This document shows positions 25,913 through 38,267 of a DNA stretch of 64,000 bases, one piece after another. The translations under genes and the position numbers were made by a program. The stretch spans positions 111,850,001 to 111,914,000 of the forward strand of contig NC_087436.1 of NCBI RefSeq assembly GCF_036321535.1, written 5' to 3'. The stretch comes from Camelus dromedarius. Taxonomy: Eukaryota. Numbering within the stretch: position 1 is the first letter of the stretch; the number at the start of each line of letters is the position of its first letter. A model generated the notes under the pieces. The model saw nothing but the letters and a program-made list of their open reading frames with translations, had not been told where the DNA came from and did no database searches.

Positions 25913-27299
25913 GCTTAGAACTGTGGATCTGTGAGCAGTTTCAGATATTTCTGAATTTGGAATCTTTAGATATTAACAGGAAGAAATATTTCCAATTCTA
26001 GTTTGGAATAGTCCACAGGAATTAATGAGAGCCAAATTTAACCTTATTCAGAAAGGGGTTCCCTAAATGGATTTTTGAGCTTTTCCTGTTTTGATCAATA
26101 CGGAGCTGCATGCCCCCTGCTAAGTATTACTTTGATTCTTGCGCTGAAACGGCCAGGTAAACACAAACTCAGGCCGGCACTAGACTCCTGGAACGTCTTT
26201 AGTTTGGGAATTTAAACACAAAGAACGTTTAGATTTTGCAGTGGCCGTCATTTCAAAACATAAATCACGCCAAATTTGTTTGAAATTCTGTCTTTAGAAG
26301 GTTGTGTGTTTTGACAAACCTTGCAGCAAATTTGGTCCAGCTTTTGGATTTGTAATGAAACCTGAAACCAAGCATGCTGGCTGGCCTTGGGGTCCTCTCA
26401 AGGAAAGAGTTCCAAGCAGCCTTAGTGTAATGCCTCCTCTAATCTCATCCTGGCAAGAGACCTCAGTGTGTTGGGCTGCACTGGAAGTTTGGGGTAGGCT
26501 GCAAACATTTCATGCAGTTATGGAAAAGGACTGATCAAGACAGCAATTCGAGGGCATTTCTATGCCTGAGTATTCTTAAGAGTGTAAATTGCAGAATTAG
26601 CAGTACGTTATCCCCTGTTGGCTAGTGACTTGGAGATACCCCAAGCCATGATTGGGGCAGAAAGTTAATTAATCTGCTTATTAAAAAAGAAGAAATGTCT
26701 CATTTGCATCCATTTACATTCAAGTCTTGCACGCATCATGCTTTTTGGTGGTCTTTGCTGTCTTAACACCAGTGACCTAGCTACACACGTTAGCTCAAAA
26801 CATTTACATTTTCTGCATCTGGGCTTTGTTTAAGGGGTAGATGTCTGGTTATCATTGGTTCCAGCAGAATTTGATTGTCACATAGATCATTTAATTGCTA
26901 TAGACAAACTTTCCCCTCCCATGGACTGTTCAGGGTTTCTTCTAATTATCATATACCACGTTTGGGGAAAAATTCCTGTACTTGGCCAATCTTGGGAAAT
27001 AAAGACCATGTCTCCATTAGAGTTGGACATGTTATTTGGGGAGGAGCCATTCAATTATTTGCAATTTCCCACTCAACTGAATTTTCCATGGTCATTTTTG
27101 CAAGAGTTTTCTCTTTCTTGCTTTTCCTGTCTCACTTGGAGATCTGCTTTGGGAGTTGTTTTTGCTTTTTTCTCTACTTGGGAAAGAAGATCATTGCATC
27201 ATGGGTGTATCTTAGGCATTCCATATTGCAAATGATTGTTTTTTACCTGAAAATGCTTCAGTGACCTGAATCCAGGCCCTCTTAAACCATCTTGAATGA

Positions 27300-28153
27300 G
27301 CTTTGGGAGGGAGGCGGCTGGGAAGAAGGGTGACTGGGGGAGGGCAGGGAGTGAGGAGGGGTTGACATGCAAAGACTAGAACAAGCTCTTGGAACAACCT
27401 TAAGTAGAGGGGGAGGAGTGCAGAGGGAAATCTTTGCACGTGAGGCTTGCGGGGAGGGACACGATGCCCCATGTCTCTGTATTTTGTAGTCATCACATTT
27501 CTGATCCATTACACCGGTGTGGCTGTCAGGGGTGAGTGGCTCAGGCAGCAGTTAAACCACCTATATGCTAACAAGCTTAGCAATCAGGTTGTGAAGGGTC
27601 CTGGCTGGAGAGGGGAAAAAAAAAAAGAAAGAAAGAAAACCAAACCTTAGACCTCTGTCAGACTGTGAGGAGAATTATATTTTTGAACTAGTCTACAGTG
27701 TGGACAGGAAGTGACCTCTCCACAAACTGCTTCTTTAAAAACAAGCGTTGGTGCCTAAAGCTATCCAGCGCCTCTCTCCCTCCCTCCCTCCCTCCCTCCT
27801 TCCCTCCCTTCCTCCCTACCAGCCTCCCGCCCTCTCTGAAGCTCCCCCCCTCCCTCCTCTCCGGAGCTCTCCCTCCCTCCCACTCCCCCCTCCTCCCTCC
27901 CTCCCACTCCCCCCTCCTCCCTCCCTCCCTCCCTCCAGCTCGCTCTCCCTCTCCTCTCTAGCTATAGAGGGCTCCAACAGCAGTTCCCAGCCAGTGTGTT
28001 CAGCCTGCCTGCCTGCCTCTGTGTGTGTGTGTGTGCGCGCGTGTGTGTGAGCGTGTGCGTGCGTCTACTTTGTACCGCGAAGAACACAGCCCATGTGCTC
28101 TGCATGGACGTTCCTGATACTCTGTTTAGCTTGATTTTCGACAAGCAGGCAAG
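27300..28153 (+). promoter_or_regulatory. LDB2: LDB2 proximal promoter and 5'UTR
   Basis: Unique sequence directly 5' of the ATG. Contains a G-rich tract (27305-27460), CACGTG at 27437, ETS ACAGGAAGTG at 27704, a polypyrimidine tract (27772-27960) and a (TG/CG)n tract (28020-28063). The exact TSS cannot be determined from sequence. Confidence 0.8.
27772..27960. repeat. Promoter polypyrimidine tract with ~2.5 copies of a 24-bp unit
   Basis: ctccctccctcccactcccccctc at 27869-27892 and 27893-27916, plus a partial third copy. Confidence 0.9.
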
Positions 28154-28285
28154 ATGTCCAGCACACCACATGACCCCTTCTATTCTTCTCCTTTCGGTCC
28201 ATTTTATAGGAGACATACACCCTACATGGTACAACCAGAGTACCGAATCTATGAGATGAACAAGAGACTGCAGTCGCGCACAGAG
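28154..28285 (+). CDS. LDB2: LIM domain-binding protein 2, coding exon 1 (44 aa; gene continues beyond window)
   Basis: Translates to MSSTPHDPFYSSPFGPFYRRHTPYMVQPEYRIYEMNKRLQSRTE, which I recognise as the LDB2 N-terminus. Start context is aagATG, and the exon ends at the canonical donor GAG|gtaagt (GT at 28286, phase 0). Confidence 0.97.
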
Positions 28286-30933
28286 GTAAGTACTTCAACC
28301 TGGGGTGTGTGTTGGTGGCTTTTTTTTTTTTTTTTTGCAAACTGTGCATGAGCTTTTCCTGGGTGGCTGGCTGAATTCCGGGGGAAGTGTCCCACCAAAT
28401 ACTACCACGTCCGTGGAAATGAGCACCAGAATGGATCCACGAGTTTGAACGCTGGGTTTCTAGGCACAGCAACTCTTGGAGCTGGGGACAGTTTCTGCTG
28501 GAATCTTGAAATAGACAACCCATCACTTGATCCGCCTGCCGGCTCTCCAGAAATGCTGCTCTCTCAAAACTCTGGCGTTTGCAGGCTCTGAGTCAGTCCC
28601 GTTAGTGTTTCTTGAGATATAATTCCAAGGGATTTGGTGATCTTTTGCATCCAGCAAAATAATTTTTTTAAAAAAACAAATCCCAGAGGAAGTCTGCTTT
28701 GACCTGCATTTGCTTGTCAAAGTCATCAAAATAGAGGTGAAGGGGACAGAAGAGTCACCCCGCGGACTTTTCAGAACTAGCCCTGGAGGGACGCATGTTT
28801 CTCTATTTCCATGTTAAAGTCAGAACCCAGTTGGGGCGAGGGGTTCTTGACTTTCTCCCATCGAGGATGGGAGTGTCTCGGCTTCCTCAGAGCTCTCCCT
28901 TCCACAGGAGCTGGCCGAGGATTCAAGTCATCTTGAGTTTTTGCATATTTGTGATCTTGTGCGGGAGAGAGGAGCCTCACCTCCTCCTCTCCTGCAACTC
29001 TGGGAGCAGAGAAGAGACAGGACTTTCAGAACTTTGTAAATGCAAAACTCCAGACCGCCTCCTGCAATTTAAATATTTAATGCCAGTTGACTTTTCCTCT
29101 GTGCTGGCTCAGCTGGCAGGACCTGCTGCTGGGCTGTCCCATTGCCTGTAAGTTGGGGCTTTGTGTTGAGGTGTTCTGAGAAGGAGTTTGTTACAGGTAC
29201 ACCAAAGTCACTTTAGGAAGTAGAAATCACTGGGAATTCTGTAGTCTCTGCAAAGTACAAGTATCTGGAAGGTTGATGGCAAAGAGCTTTGAGGGAATAG
29301 CTTTGATGAAATTTCAGTTAGAAGATTGACTCTCAGTTCTGGAAAGGGACTCAGTTAAAGACAGAATAAAACATGTTTGCTTGAATTGTCAACAGAGCCA
29401 TGGAGAAATTCATGACGTTTAATGTATTGAATATAGCTAACAAAATGTGACCTGCTTTCTGATTGGCTAACTGCTGGACAAGGGCTGATTAAAAAAAAAA
29501 AACTGAGCTGTCTTTATTACTGCTATTATCTTTATATGTTAATGCATCATAGATGTTAAATATACCTGCTGATGCCATGGCTCTCCCCAGAAGCCAGTAG
29601 TTTTTACACAAGTGTAAACTCTGTTTTGCTCAGGATGGTGACTTGTTGGCAGGAAATATTTGTGTGGTGTTGTGTGTGTTACAGTTTGTATATTTCATTC
29701 AGCTCTTTGCAACTGTGTGCTGGCATCTTACATTCTTGCACAAACTTGGTAGTTGCAGCCTGCTTTCAGAATTAGGAAGACAGAAAGTGTCTTATAGTTC
29801 AGGCACACATTAATTGCCACACAGATTTGAGGTAAAAAAAAAAGTCTTAAATAGGATTAGTTTTAAAAAAGAGACTGTGGGTCTTTATGGATCAATTCTT
29901 GAACAGCAGCAGGGTGTAAAAATGAGCCGTGTCCATCTTACATTTTAGAAAGTTTTTGAGGAGTTGAAGAAGGAGGTTTTTCTCCCATCCTTCCTGGTTA
30001 GGAGAGCAGGCAGATTTCTCTGAGGTCTGAGTCCTCCAGTGCCCCTAAGTTAATCACTCGGTCAGTTCTGGGCTAGGACACTTCTCTGGGAGACTTCTCT
30101 ACCCTGGTCCTCATAAAAATCAGCAGGATGCAGTAAGGTCCCCACATTTGTTTCACATTTGTGAGAAAATCTTCGAAAGTCCCCCATCATAGTATGTTTC
30201 TTAAAAATGGCACATTATCTTTTGTGAGAGCTAAGCTCAGGAATTCCTAACTTTTGGATTGTAGGGTACTACTTTTAAGTAGGGAAAAGAACTGCTTCAT
30301 AGCTCAAGAAACTGGAGAAGAAAGCTTGCTATGACAAATCTTAAAGGTCCTTTTAAACCTCTCTGACTGACCAAAAGGCGCCGAGAACTGTTTTCTGGTA
30401 TGTTCTGGGCCAATCCGAACATTTCTTCCCTTAATTAGATCTTTTTAATAATTATCCAAATAATTGTCCTGACACTTCCTTTTTCTTTGCCAAGCAGTAA
30501 ATGATGTCATAAACCCAAGGCCATAAATTTGTTTTCATTTCATATGAAATAAAGGAGAGAACCCAATCATTGTTCATAAGATATATAAATATTAGCATTA
30601 AATATTAAATTTTGATCAAAGTGGGTCATTGAAAAAATACTTAGAAAAAAAATAGCTTGGTGAAAAAGTTATATTGTGCCTTTACCAGTGATGATGATGA
30701 TGATTTATGACACAGTTGTTCTGAGCCCTAGAGAGGGACTGGGTGGAATGAAGTTCAGTACCCAGCAGAAATGATCAGTATTTACGTACAAAATCAAATA
30801 GATTGTTAAGTGATTACTTTTAGAATTTAGCCAACATATCCAACTGTTTTGGACAAGAGAGGTCCTCTTTCTTCTCTCTCTCTTCTGGTTCTTACTCCTA
30901 TATGTCACGGTATTATTTCATTGACTCCTAATA

Positions 30934-30934
<1 letters not shown>

Positions 30935-30979
<45 letters not shown>
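30935..30979. repeat. (CA)n microsatellite
   Basis: About 22 uninterrupted units. Confidence 0.95.
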
Positions 30980-30983
<4 letters not shown>

Positions 30984-33944
30984 CTGGGTAATACTCTTGA
31001 CTCTCCATTCCTTTTTGAACATAGACTTGTCCTTGCCTGGAAAGAAATGGTAGGAAATCAGTTTATAATGAATAAACTGCATTCAAGTTGAAGAACCTCC
31101 TTCTTTATGGCAAGGAAAGTAAGACGTAACGAGCATGGTGATTCCCCGGCCCCCTTCCATAGCTGACCCCCAGAACCTTCTCCCCTGCGTATTGATGGCT
31201 TTCTTCCTATTAAATCCAACCATAGCCCTTCAGAAGGTGGGTAGTTTTAGTTGAAAGAACACTGCATGGGGAGTTAATCCTGTTTCGAACTTGTTTCTGT
31301 CACTTACTAACTAGTTGGCATGGATCTGGGTTCCTCATCAGCAAATTCCCTGCAATAAATTAAATTTAAAAATTCAGATGCTACAAAAGTCTGGGCTTTG
31401 GTTTTCTGTTTAGTATGAGAAAGCGTTGGGAACTAAAGAGCCCAGACGTTATTTCTTTGCTCCCTGTGTTTAGTTTAAAATCACAAATGGTACTGAAGTA
31501 AGAAGGTAATTAATAGTACAGGAAATATTGAAAGGAGAGACCCTGCCAGCCCTGTTTAATGCCGGTGCTGGGAGCAAGCAGTTCCTGGGACAAAGTAGGT
31601 ACTCAGTAAACATTTGCGAACTAGCGCATCCATGAGTCAGTGGCTGAAGGAGGAGTTTGACAACTCTGTCATTGAAATTGGCACCTTTCCTGAGAAACCT
31701 ATTCTAATGCCTTTGGTGGGCCTGGCACCTCCTGATGCTGCGTTGAGGATCTGCTCTCCATTCCCCTAAGAGTGCTGTCCCCCCATTCTCTACATTTATT
31801 TCACCACGAGGAAATTTAGACCCCTAATCTTTGTGGCAAAGGAAAGCAAGTGTCTAAGAGGTTATAGGACCTCATCTCCTTTTAAAGGAATCGGACGGCA
31901 TTACAAAGCAAACAGAAACAACAAAAATCTGTTTTAAATGCTGTTGGCTATTCAGGGAAATAATATTCCTTTGCAACATCAGAATCTCAGTGGAATTCCA
32001 CAAAGAAATGTATGAGTGTCTCCCCCTCTTTTTAATTGAAATTAAGAGAAACTCTTGGAGCTGTGCGTCACTGTTGGCCACTGTCATTCCAGGCAGTAGG
32101 AAGAGGGCTACATTTTCCGTTGTGTATGCTGCTATGAATTGACCCAATGTCTGCCCAAATTCATTTACTGTGTGAATGGTCTTGCTGCTCCAAATGTATT
32201 TTGGAAGAAGGCAACTGCACAATTATATAGTTTAACCCTCCACACAGTACAGTCAGATAGGAACACAAAAATATGTTCTAAAGATTTCAGAATTTGTTCT
32301 GCAAGAAGCTTCCAGAATAACAAAAACAGTAATTTTTTTTCATTTCCTGAGGTCTGTGCTATGAGATTAAAAATATGTATAGGTAAGATATGAGATCATC
32401 GCAGTGACCTTCATTTTTAGTGAAGGATTTCAATAATGTTGTATTATTATAGAATTTAAGAAAGTTTATCAAGTCATACACATGTCCGTTACTGTAGATA
32501 ACTTTTCTATACCTGGTTTCCTTATTCAAAAACGTCTCCACTCCAATGAAGATGTTTTTAAGTATATAGATTTTTTTTCATGTTGGCAGTATGCTAATTT
32601 TAATACAATATAACAAATACCAGGAAAGTGTGGGTTCCAGGATGTATTGCCTCTGTTTTGCGGGGTTTTTTTTCCTTTTATCAATATTACACATCCCACT
32701 CCCAAAGAGAAAACTGTGATTACAATTGGAAGCCACGCACACGAGGATTTTATTAGAATTACGGGTTTTAGTTTTACTGGATTTAATATGAACGTTGAAA
32801 ATATTTAAAGACCTTGAAATTGAAATCTGCTGCTTTCACCCCGCCTCAGCTCAACTCTCCGACTCCCCGGGGAGGGGGTGGGAGGGGGTGGGAGCGGGCG
32901 GAGGGCTCTTGGTCTTTTCTTTCAGCTACATTTTTATATACTTCAGTCACAGGGTTTCATGTTGAAACATCATGTTTATTCATGGGATAGCTTAGTATCT
33001 CTGATGTTCAGATGGAGTCTAGTTAAAATGAGATTAGGTATTTTGGATAGGTGGAAAAAAATGAAAACTGCTTGGTGAGAACTCGGATTTTTTTTTTTTT
33101 TTTCCTAGAAATTTAGAAAGAAAAATGGTGCTGTTACTCTGAGGCATATGAATGATTTTCGGTGTTAAACACAGAACTCTCCGAGTTGCTCGAAGTGGGT
33201 GGGGGAGGATGGGGGGAGGGGGGAATTAGTAGTGGTACGGAAAGCTATTTTGAAAATGTTAAATGAAACCAAAAGTGAAGTTTTAAAAATGAGAACTTCC
33301 AAACTCTCTTATTTTTCAAGATCTCTACGTGGCTTCAGAAAACACACTGCAGGACTCTTGTACTGATTTTATTTTCCTAAGGTCTTCCCCTCCCCATTTT
33401 CTTACTATGGGAACTGTTTTTAATTAAAAATTGCTGCAAACTAACAATTCGTTAGAGGCCAAGAAGGGGAAAAAAAATCTCTCAACTCACATTCAACACA
33501 GATTCTTATCAGCCTGAAATCAATGCACATTTAAACCTCTCCCCTTTTGGTGTGTAAATTATGATATAGGATTTAAACAGTATGCATTTTTTAAGCATTT
33601 AGCTTTTTGTTTGGATTTCGGAAGGAAATTAATTTAAATTGTATGGAGACAGGGCTATAAATCTCCTTTTATTACTTTTGTCCACATTAACTCATTTTCA
33701 TGAGGAACACAGAACACCCCCTTTCTGAGCAAGCAAAGAACACAAAAAACAACCCCCAAGATTGTCAAGAGCAAGATTCATAAAGTTACTTATTTGGATT
33801 TGGTCGGTGGGTCTCGGAATATAAGTGATCTGGGAAAACAATCTCTTTTTGAAAGTAGCAGAAATCAGAGCTTTGAAAACGTGTTCAGCTGATGTAGATA
33901 TTTACATGTACCTTTGTCATTTTCTGACCGAGATATTTTCTTCC

Positions 33945-34295
<351 letters not shown>

Positions 34296-34609
34296 TATGA
34301 ACTTAAGCTTAGAAGCTTAGGTTTTTTTGTATATGTTTAAATGCTGGCTGCTTGCATCTGAACATAAGCAACTATTAATAGTTGAGGCAAACTTCAGCCA
34401 TTCTTTCAAGAATTTCTGTACTTTAGGCAATGATAATATCAGAGTCTGGAAATACAGAGACGATGGAAGATATGGTCTGTTTAGAAGCTTACAATTTGGT
34501 AACAAAGGGAGACATACAAACCAACTCTTACAGTGTGGTGCCGTGTTAGGTTATTACACCGTGCATTTGTGTATTGAAAGATGTACACCTTTCTGAAAGG
34601 TAGTCATGA

Positions 34610-34830
34610 TGACAGCAATGAGCATCTATGCAGTGTTCACTGTCTGTAGGGCCAAGGTGCTAAGTGTTTTCTGTAGGTCAACTCGTGTAACCCTCATAAT
34701 CACCTCCTGAGATAGGTACCACTAATATCTACTGTCTTACTGATGAGGAAATAAAGGGTTAAGTAAATTGTCTAAGGTCACACAGATGGTAGTTTTAGAG
34801 GTTATGCTGTTGACTGCTTTGCTGTTGCAC
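34610..34830 (-). mobile_element. MIR SINE
   Basis: 'ttactgatgaggaaataaagggttaagtaaattgtctaaggtcacacag'. Confidence 0.8.
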
Positions 34831-36169
34831 TTCTCTGAGATAAGAAATATAGCTAGGAGTCTGGTTTCACCTGTGCAAATTTATTAGGTGAATACATTCA
34901 CTTTTTCCTTGGGTACGTTGACTTTGGCAGTGGCTGGAAAGTTGACCCCATCCACCCAAACTGGTTGGATTATTTGCCTCTCAAATGCCTGACTGATTTA
35001 TAAAGGGACCACGTGAAATTCCGAAGGATGGAGTTAGAGATGAAAAATATATCTAGTTTTTGAAAAGAACTGAAATCACACTCCCTATTGAAGTTTGAAT
35101 ATTTCCAGTATTCACTGAAGTGGCCTTATCTGAAGAGCCACTGGAATTGTTGTGGAATACTATGCATACTTATCTAAGAGTTTAACTTTTTAACTGAAAA
35201 ATATTTAGATTTCCATTCAGTGCTTGATTCTTCTCAGCCATGCTCTGTGGAAGATGGTGTTTTAGTTATTTTAAACAGTAATGGGGGGAGCATAAAAGCT
35301 ATCCCATTTTTGGTGGTGCCACCTGCCTCCTCCAAATGTAAGATTAAGAGAGTAAAGCAGAATTAGAATTTGGTATGAGATTAGCTTCCTTTGCAGGTAA
35401 TCAATTAGGAATCTTAGAGACAATAAAGACAGGGAGGGAAAAGACCTCCCCTCATGTTTTGGCTTCTGATTCTTCTAGTTTGATCCTCTCTTAAGAGCCA
35501 ATCTCTCCACATTGTGTGTTTCTGCATTTCCTTGTGGAAGATGATATTTCCTTCCTACCTTGGCAGCCAACTTTAGCTACCTGTGAAGCCATGGTCTTTA
35601 TGGTAAATGCCTGCCAATTCTCAGAGATAAGATAGATCTTTTCATGTGATCCACTCCCAAGCCCAAGATGCATGTGTTCTGGTTTTCCATTAACAGATAA
35701 GGAAACTGAGGCTCAGAGAGGTGAAGACCAAGTCCAAAAAGACCAAGACCAAAAATACATTCATCTAAGAAAAATAAGATCTGGAGCGATACCCTGTTAG
35801 AATGTGTTTATCAGTTTGGCATAGGTAAGCAGAACATCGGCCAGGCAAGTTTTGACGGGGAGAATGGGCATGCATGACCAGTGGGGGTCCTACATGATCA
35901 ATGGTCCCCAGGAGCTGGCTCTTCTAACTCCCTCCTTCCATGTTCTCTCCCGAACGTGCTGGCCAAGACCAGCCACTCCGGGCTGGCAACCCTGACGGCT
36001 GCACTTTGCCCTCACTTTATACCACTCTTAACTAGCCAACTTTGAAATTCAAGTCTTCCAATTAAAAACAGAAGGCTTAGCATTAAAGATTCGGAGGAAC
36101 CCTCTAAAGAAGAGGAACCAGTCCTGTTCTGAGGACATCACAAGCCCCCAGCTTTTCTTTCCCCCTAAA

Positions 36170-36915
36170 TGTACTTCCTGCTCCCTCTTTGCACCTTATA
36201 ATCTGTTTTCCCACAAGCAGCCAAGGGGATATTTCTGAAGCAGAAATCAGATCATATCACTCTCCAGCCTCCCCTCACATGTAGAACAAATTCCAAGCTC
36301 CTTACTCTGGCTTTAAGGTTCTGTTGATCTATTGCTTCCTGATGGTCCAGGCTTACCCCATGTTCAAAAAACTCCAGCCACAAGGGACTTTGTTGGACCC
36401 ATTCACTTACCAAGCTTGTTCGTATCTCAACATTCTTGTCTTCAGTGATAGAATGGATATATGGATTTCTTCAGAATAACCCATATAAGTACTGGGAGAT
36501 CTAATTTGAATTAGAATTTGGCATGGTGTTGGCTTTATTTGCAGGTAATTGATTAAATTTCTCAAAGAAAATAACGACCTTGAAGGATAAGAGCCCCAGC
36601 ACTTAGTAGGTCTACTGATCAACCACATGCCCCCTTCACAGAAAGGCCTTCCTTGATCACCTCAATTAAAATGACCACCCACCCCCACCAGCCCCACTCA
36701 CTTTCTGTCACATGCCCTGATCAGTTTCTTTAGAGGAATTATCGAGGGTGGATATTTTCTTGCTTCTAGTTTATTTCTTAAGTGTCTCCCTGTCCTCAAT
36801 AGAATATGAGCCGTGTGAGGACAAGGGCCCAGTTGTCGAGTTCCCGGCTTTCTGTCCAAGGCCCCATGGCATACAGTTGATAAGCAACATATATCTGTTG
36901 AATAAAGGAAATTAA
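36170..36915 (+). mobile_element. L2 3' fragment (interrupted at ~36430-36600)
   Basis: 'aaatcagatcatatcactctcc', 'aaggccttccttgatcacc', 3' end 'tatctgttgaataaag'. Confidence 0.75.
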
Positions 36916-37599
36916 GTTGTACCAACACAAATCCAGACTGACACTGGAATTTGCCTTGAATCGTCCCAATAATCACCTACAGTTACAGTTGGAAAAGAAT
37001 CTGTGAGCCTAACAGCCCCGTGAGCATTCACAGAGAGAATGTTCAGCAGGCCTGCAGGAAAAGGAATGTTGAAAAGGAGAATTTGTTCTGTGATGGACGT
37101 GTTGAGCTGAGAACTTCGCCCTCTGGGTGGTGGGAATCTGTTGGGAATCTCCTGACTTCTGATTAAAAATATTTATACTTGTCCCAGTGCTTTTTTCTCA
37201 TTTGATATTCTCACCACCTCTCTCTTTGGATCTACCTGAGGGCCCAGAGCCCTGAATTATGACATGAATCATGATGATACCTTGCAGTTCCTAGAGTACT
37301 TTGTGTCTTGGGAAAGGGCTTTCAGGACCATTAATTAGCTATTTCAAAGTGATTTTGCACACATAGAAGATAAGGGAATTTTTATTAGTATATAATGCTG
37401 TGGTTTATAATAGCTTTTTTGCAAATTGTATGATGTGTGCATGTGTATAAAAGAGACAGAGAGACAAATGAGAGAGATATGCTCTCTCCAATCAGATTGT
37501 GTTTGTGTATGTGTGAAACTTCTGGTTATGAAAACACACATAGTTTTTTTCTGCCAGTGTTTTTCGCTTGGGAGAGAAAAGAGTGGCATACCTGGAATG

Positions 37600-37797
37600 A
37601 TCTGAACTGAAATATGACTTATAATGAGTCAGTTGTGGACCCAAACCCTGCCTCTGCCTCTTGCTTGCTGTGTCATCTTAGGGAAGTCACTTAACTTTTC
37701 TAAACATTTGTTTTCTTAACCTGAGTTTTAGGTTGGCAGGTGAATGGCTAATGCATGTAAAATGTCTGGTATATAGTAAGTGCTTAATAAATGGGAA
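37600..37797 (+). mobile_element. MIR SINE
   Basis: 'gctgtgtcatcttagggaagtcacttaac', 'tagtaagtgcttaataaatg'. Confidence 0.75.
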
Positions 37798-37798
37798 C

Positions 37799-37919
37799 TA
37801 TGATGATGATGATGGTGGTGATGATGGTGATGATGATGGTGGTGGTGATAGTGATGATGATGATGATGGTGGTGATGATGGTGGTGATGATGATGGTGAT
37901 GATGGTGATGGTGGTGATG
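37799..37919. repeat. (GAT/GGT)n trinucleotide repeat at the MIR tail
   Basis: Directly visible. Confidence 0.95.
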
Positions 37920-37992
37920 CCCTTATTCTCTGTCCTCTCTGCAATTTGCCATGTAAGTCATGCAAAACTTTCCTTGATTTCCTAAAAGTGTC

Positions 37993-38074
37993 TTTATGTA
38001 TGTATTTATTTTTTATTGAAGTATAGTTGATTTACAATGTGGTAGTTTCAGATGTACAGCAAATTTATTCAATT

Positions 38075-38106
<32 letters not shown>

Positions 38107-38267
38107 TCTTTTTCAGATTCTTTTCCATTATAAGTTATTACAAGATATTGAATATAGTTCCGTGTGCTATACATTAACATTCGTTGCTTATCTATTTTAT
38201 ACATAGTAGTGTGTGTCTGTTAAGCCCATACTCCTAATTTATCCCTCCCTGCCCTTTGGTAACCATG
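37993..38267 (-). mobile_element. L1 3'UTR fragment
   Basis: 'ttttattgaagtatagttgatttacaatgt...gatattgaatatagttcc...ctttggtaaccat'. Confidence 0.88.

Noticed and set aside
27698..28050. Pro/Ser/Leu-rich ORFs
   Set aside because: Translation of the promoter C/T tract.
28286..28351. ORF-track extension of LDB2 exon 1 (VSTSTWGVCWW...)
   Set aside because: Read-through into the intron past a canonical donor.
37733..38026. Poly-Asp/Gly and poly-Met/Val ORFs
   Set aside because: Translation of a (GAT/GGT)n repeat at a MIR tail.
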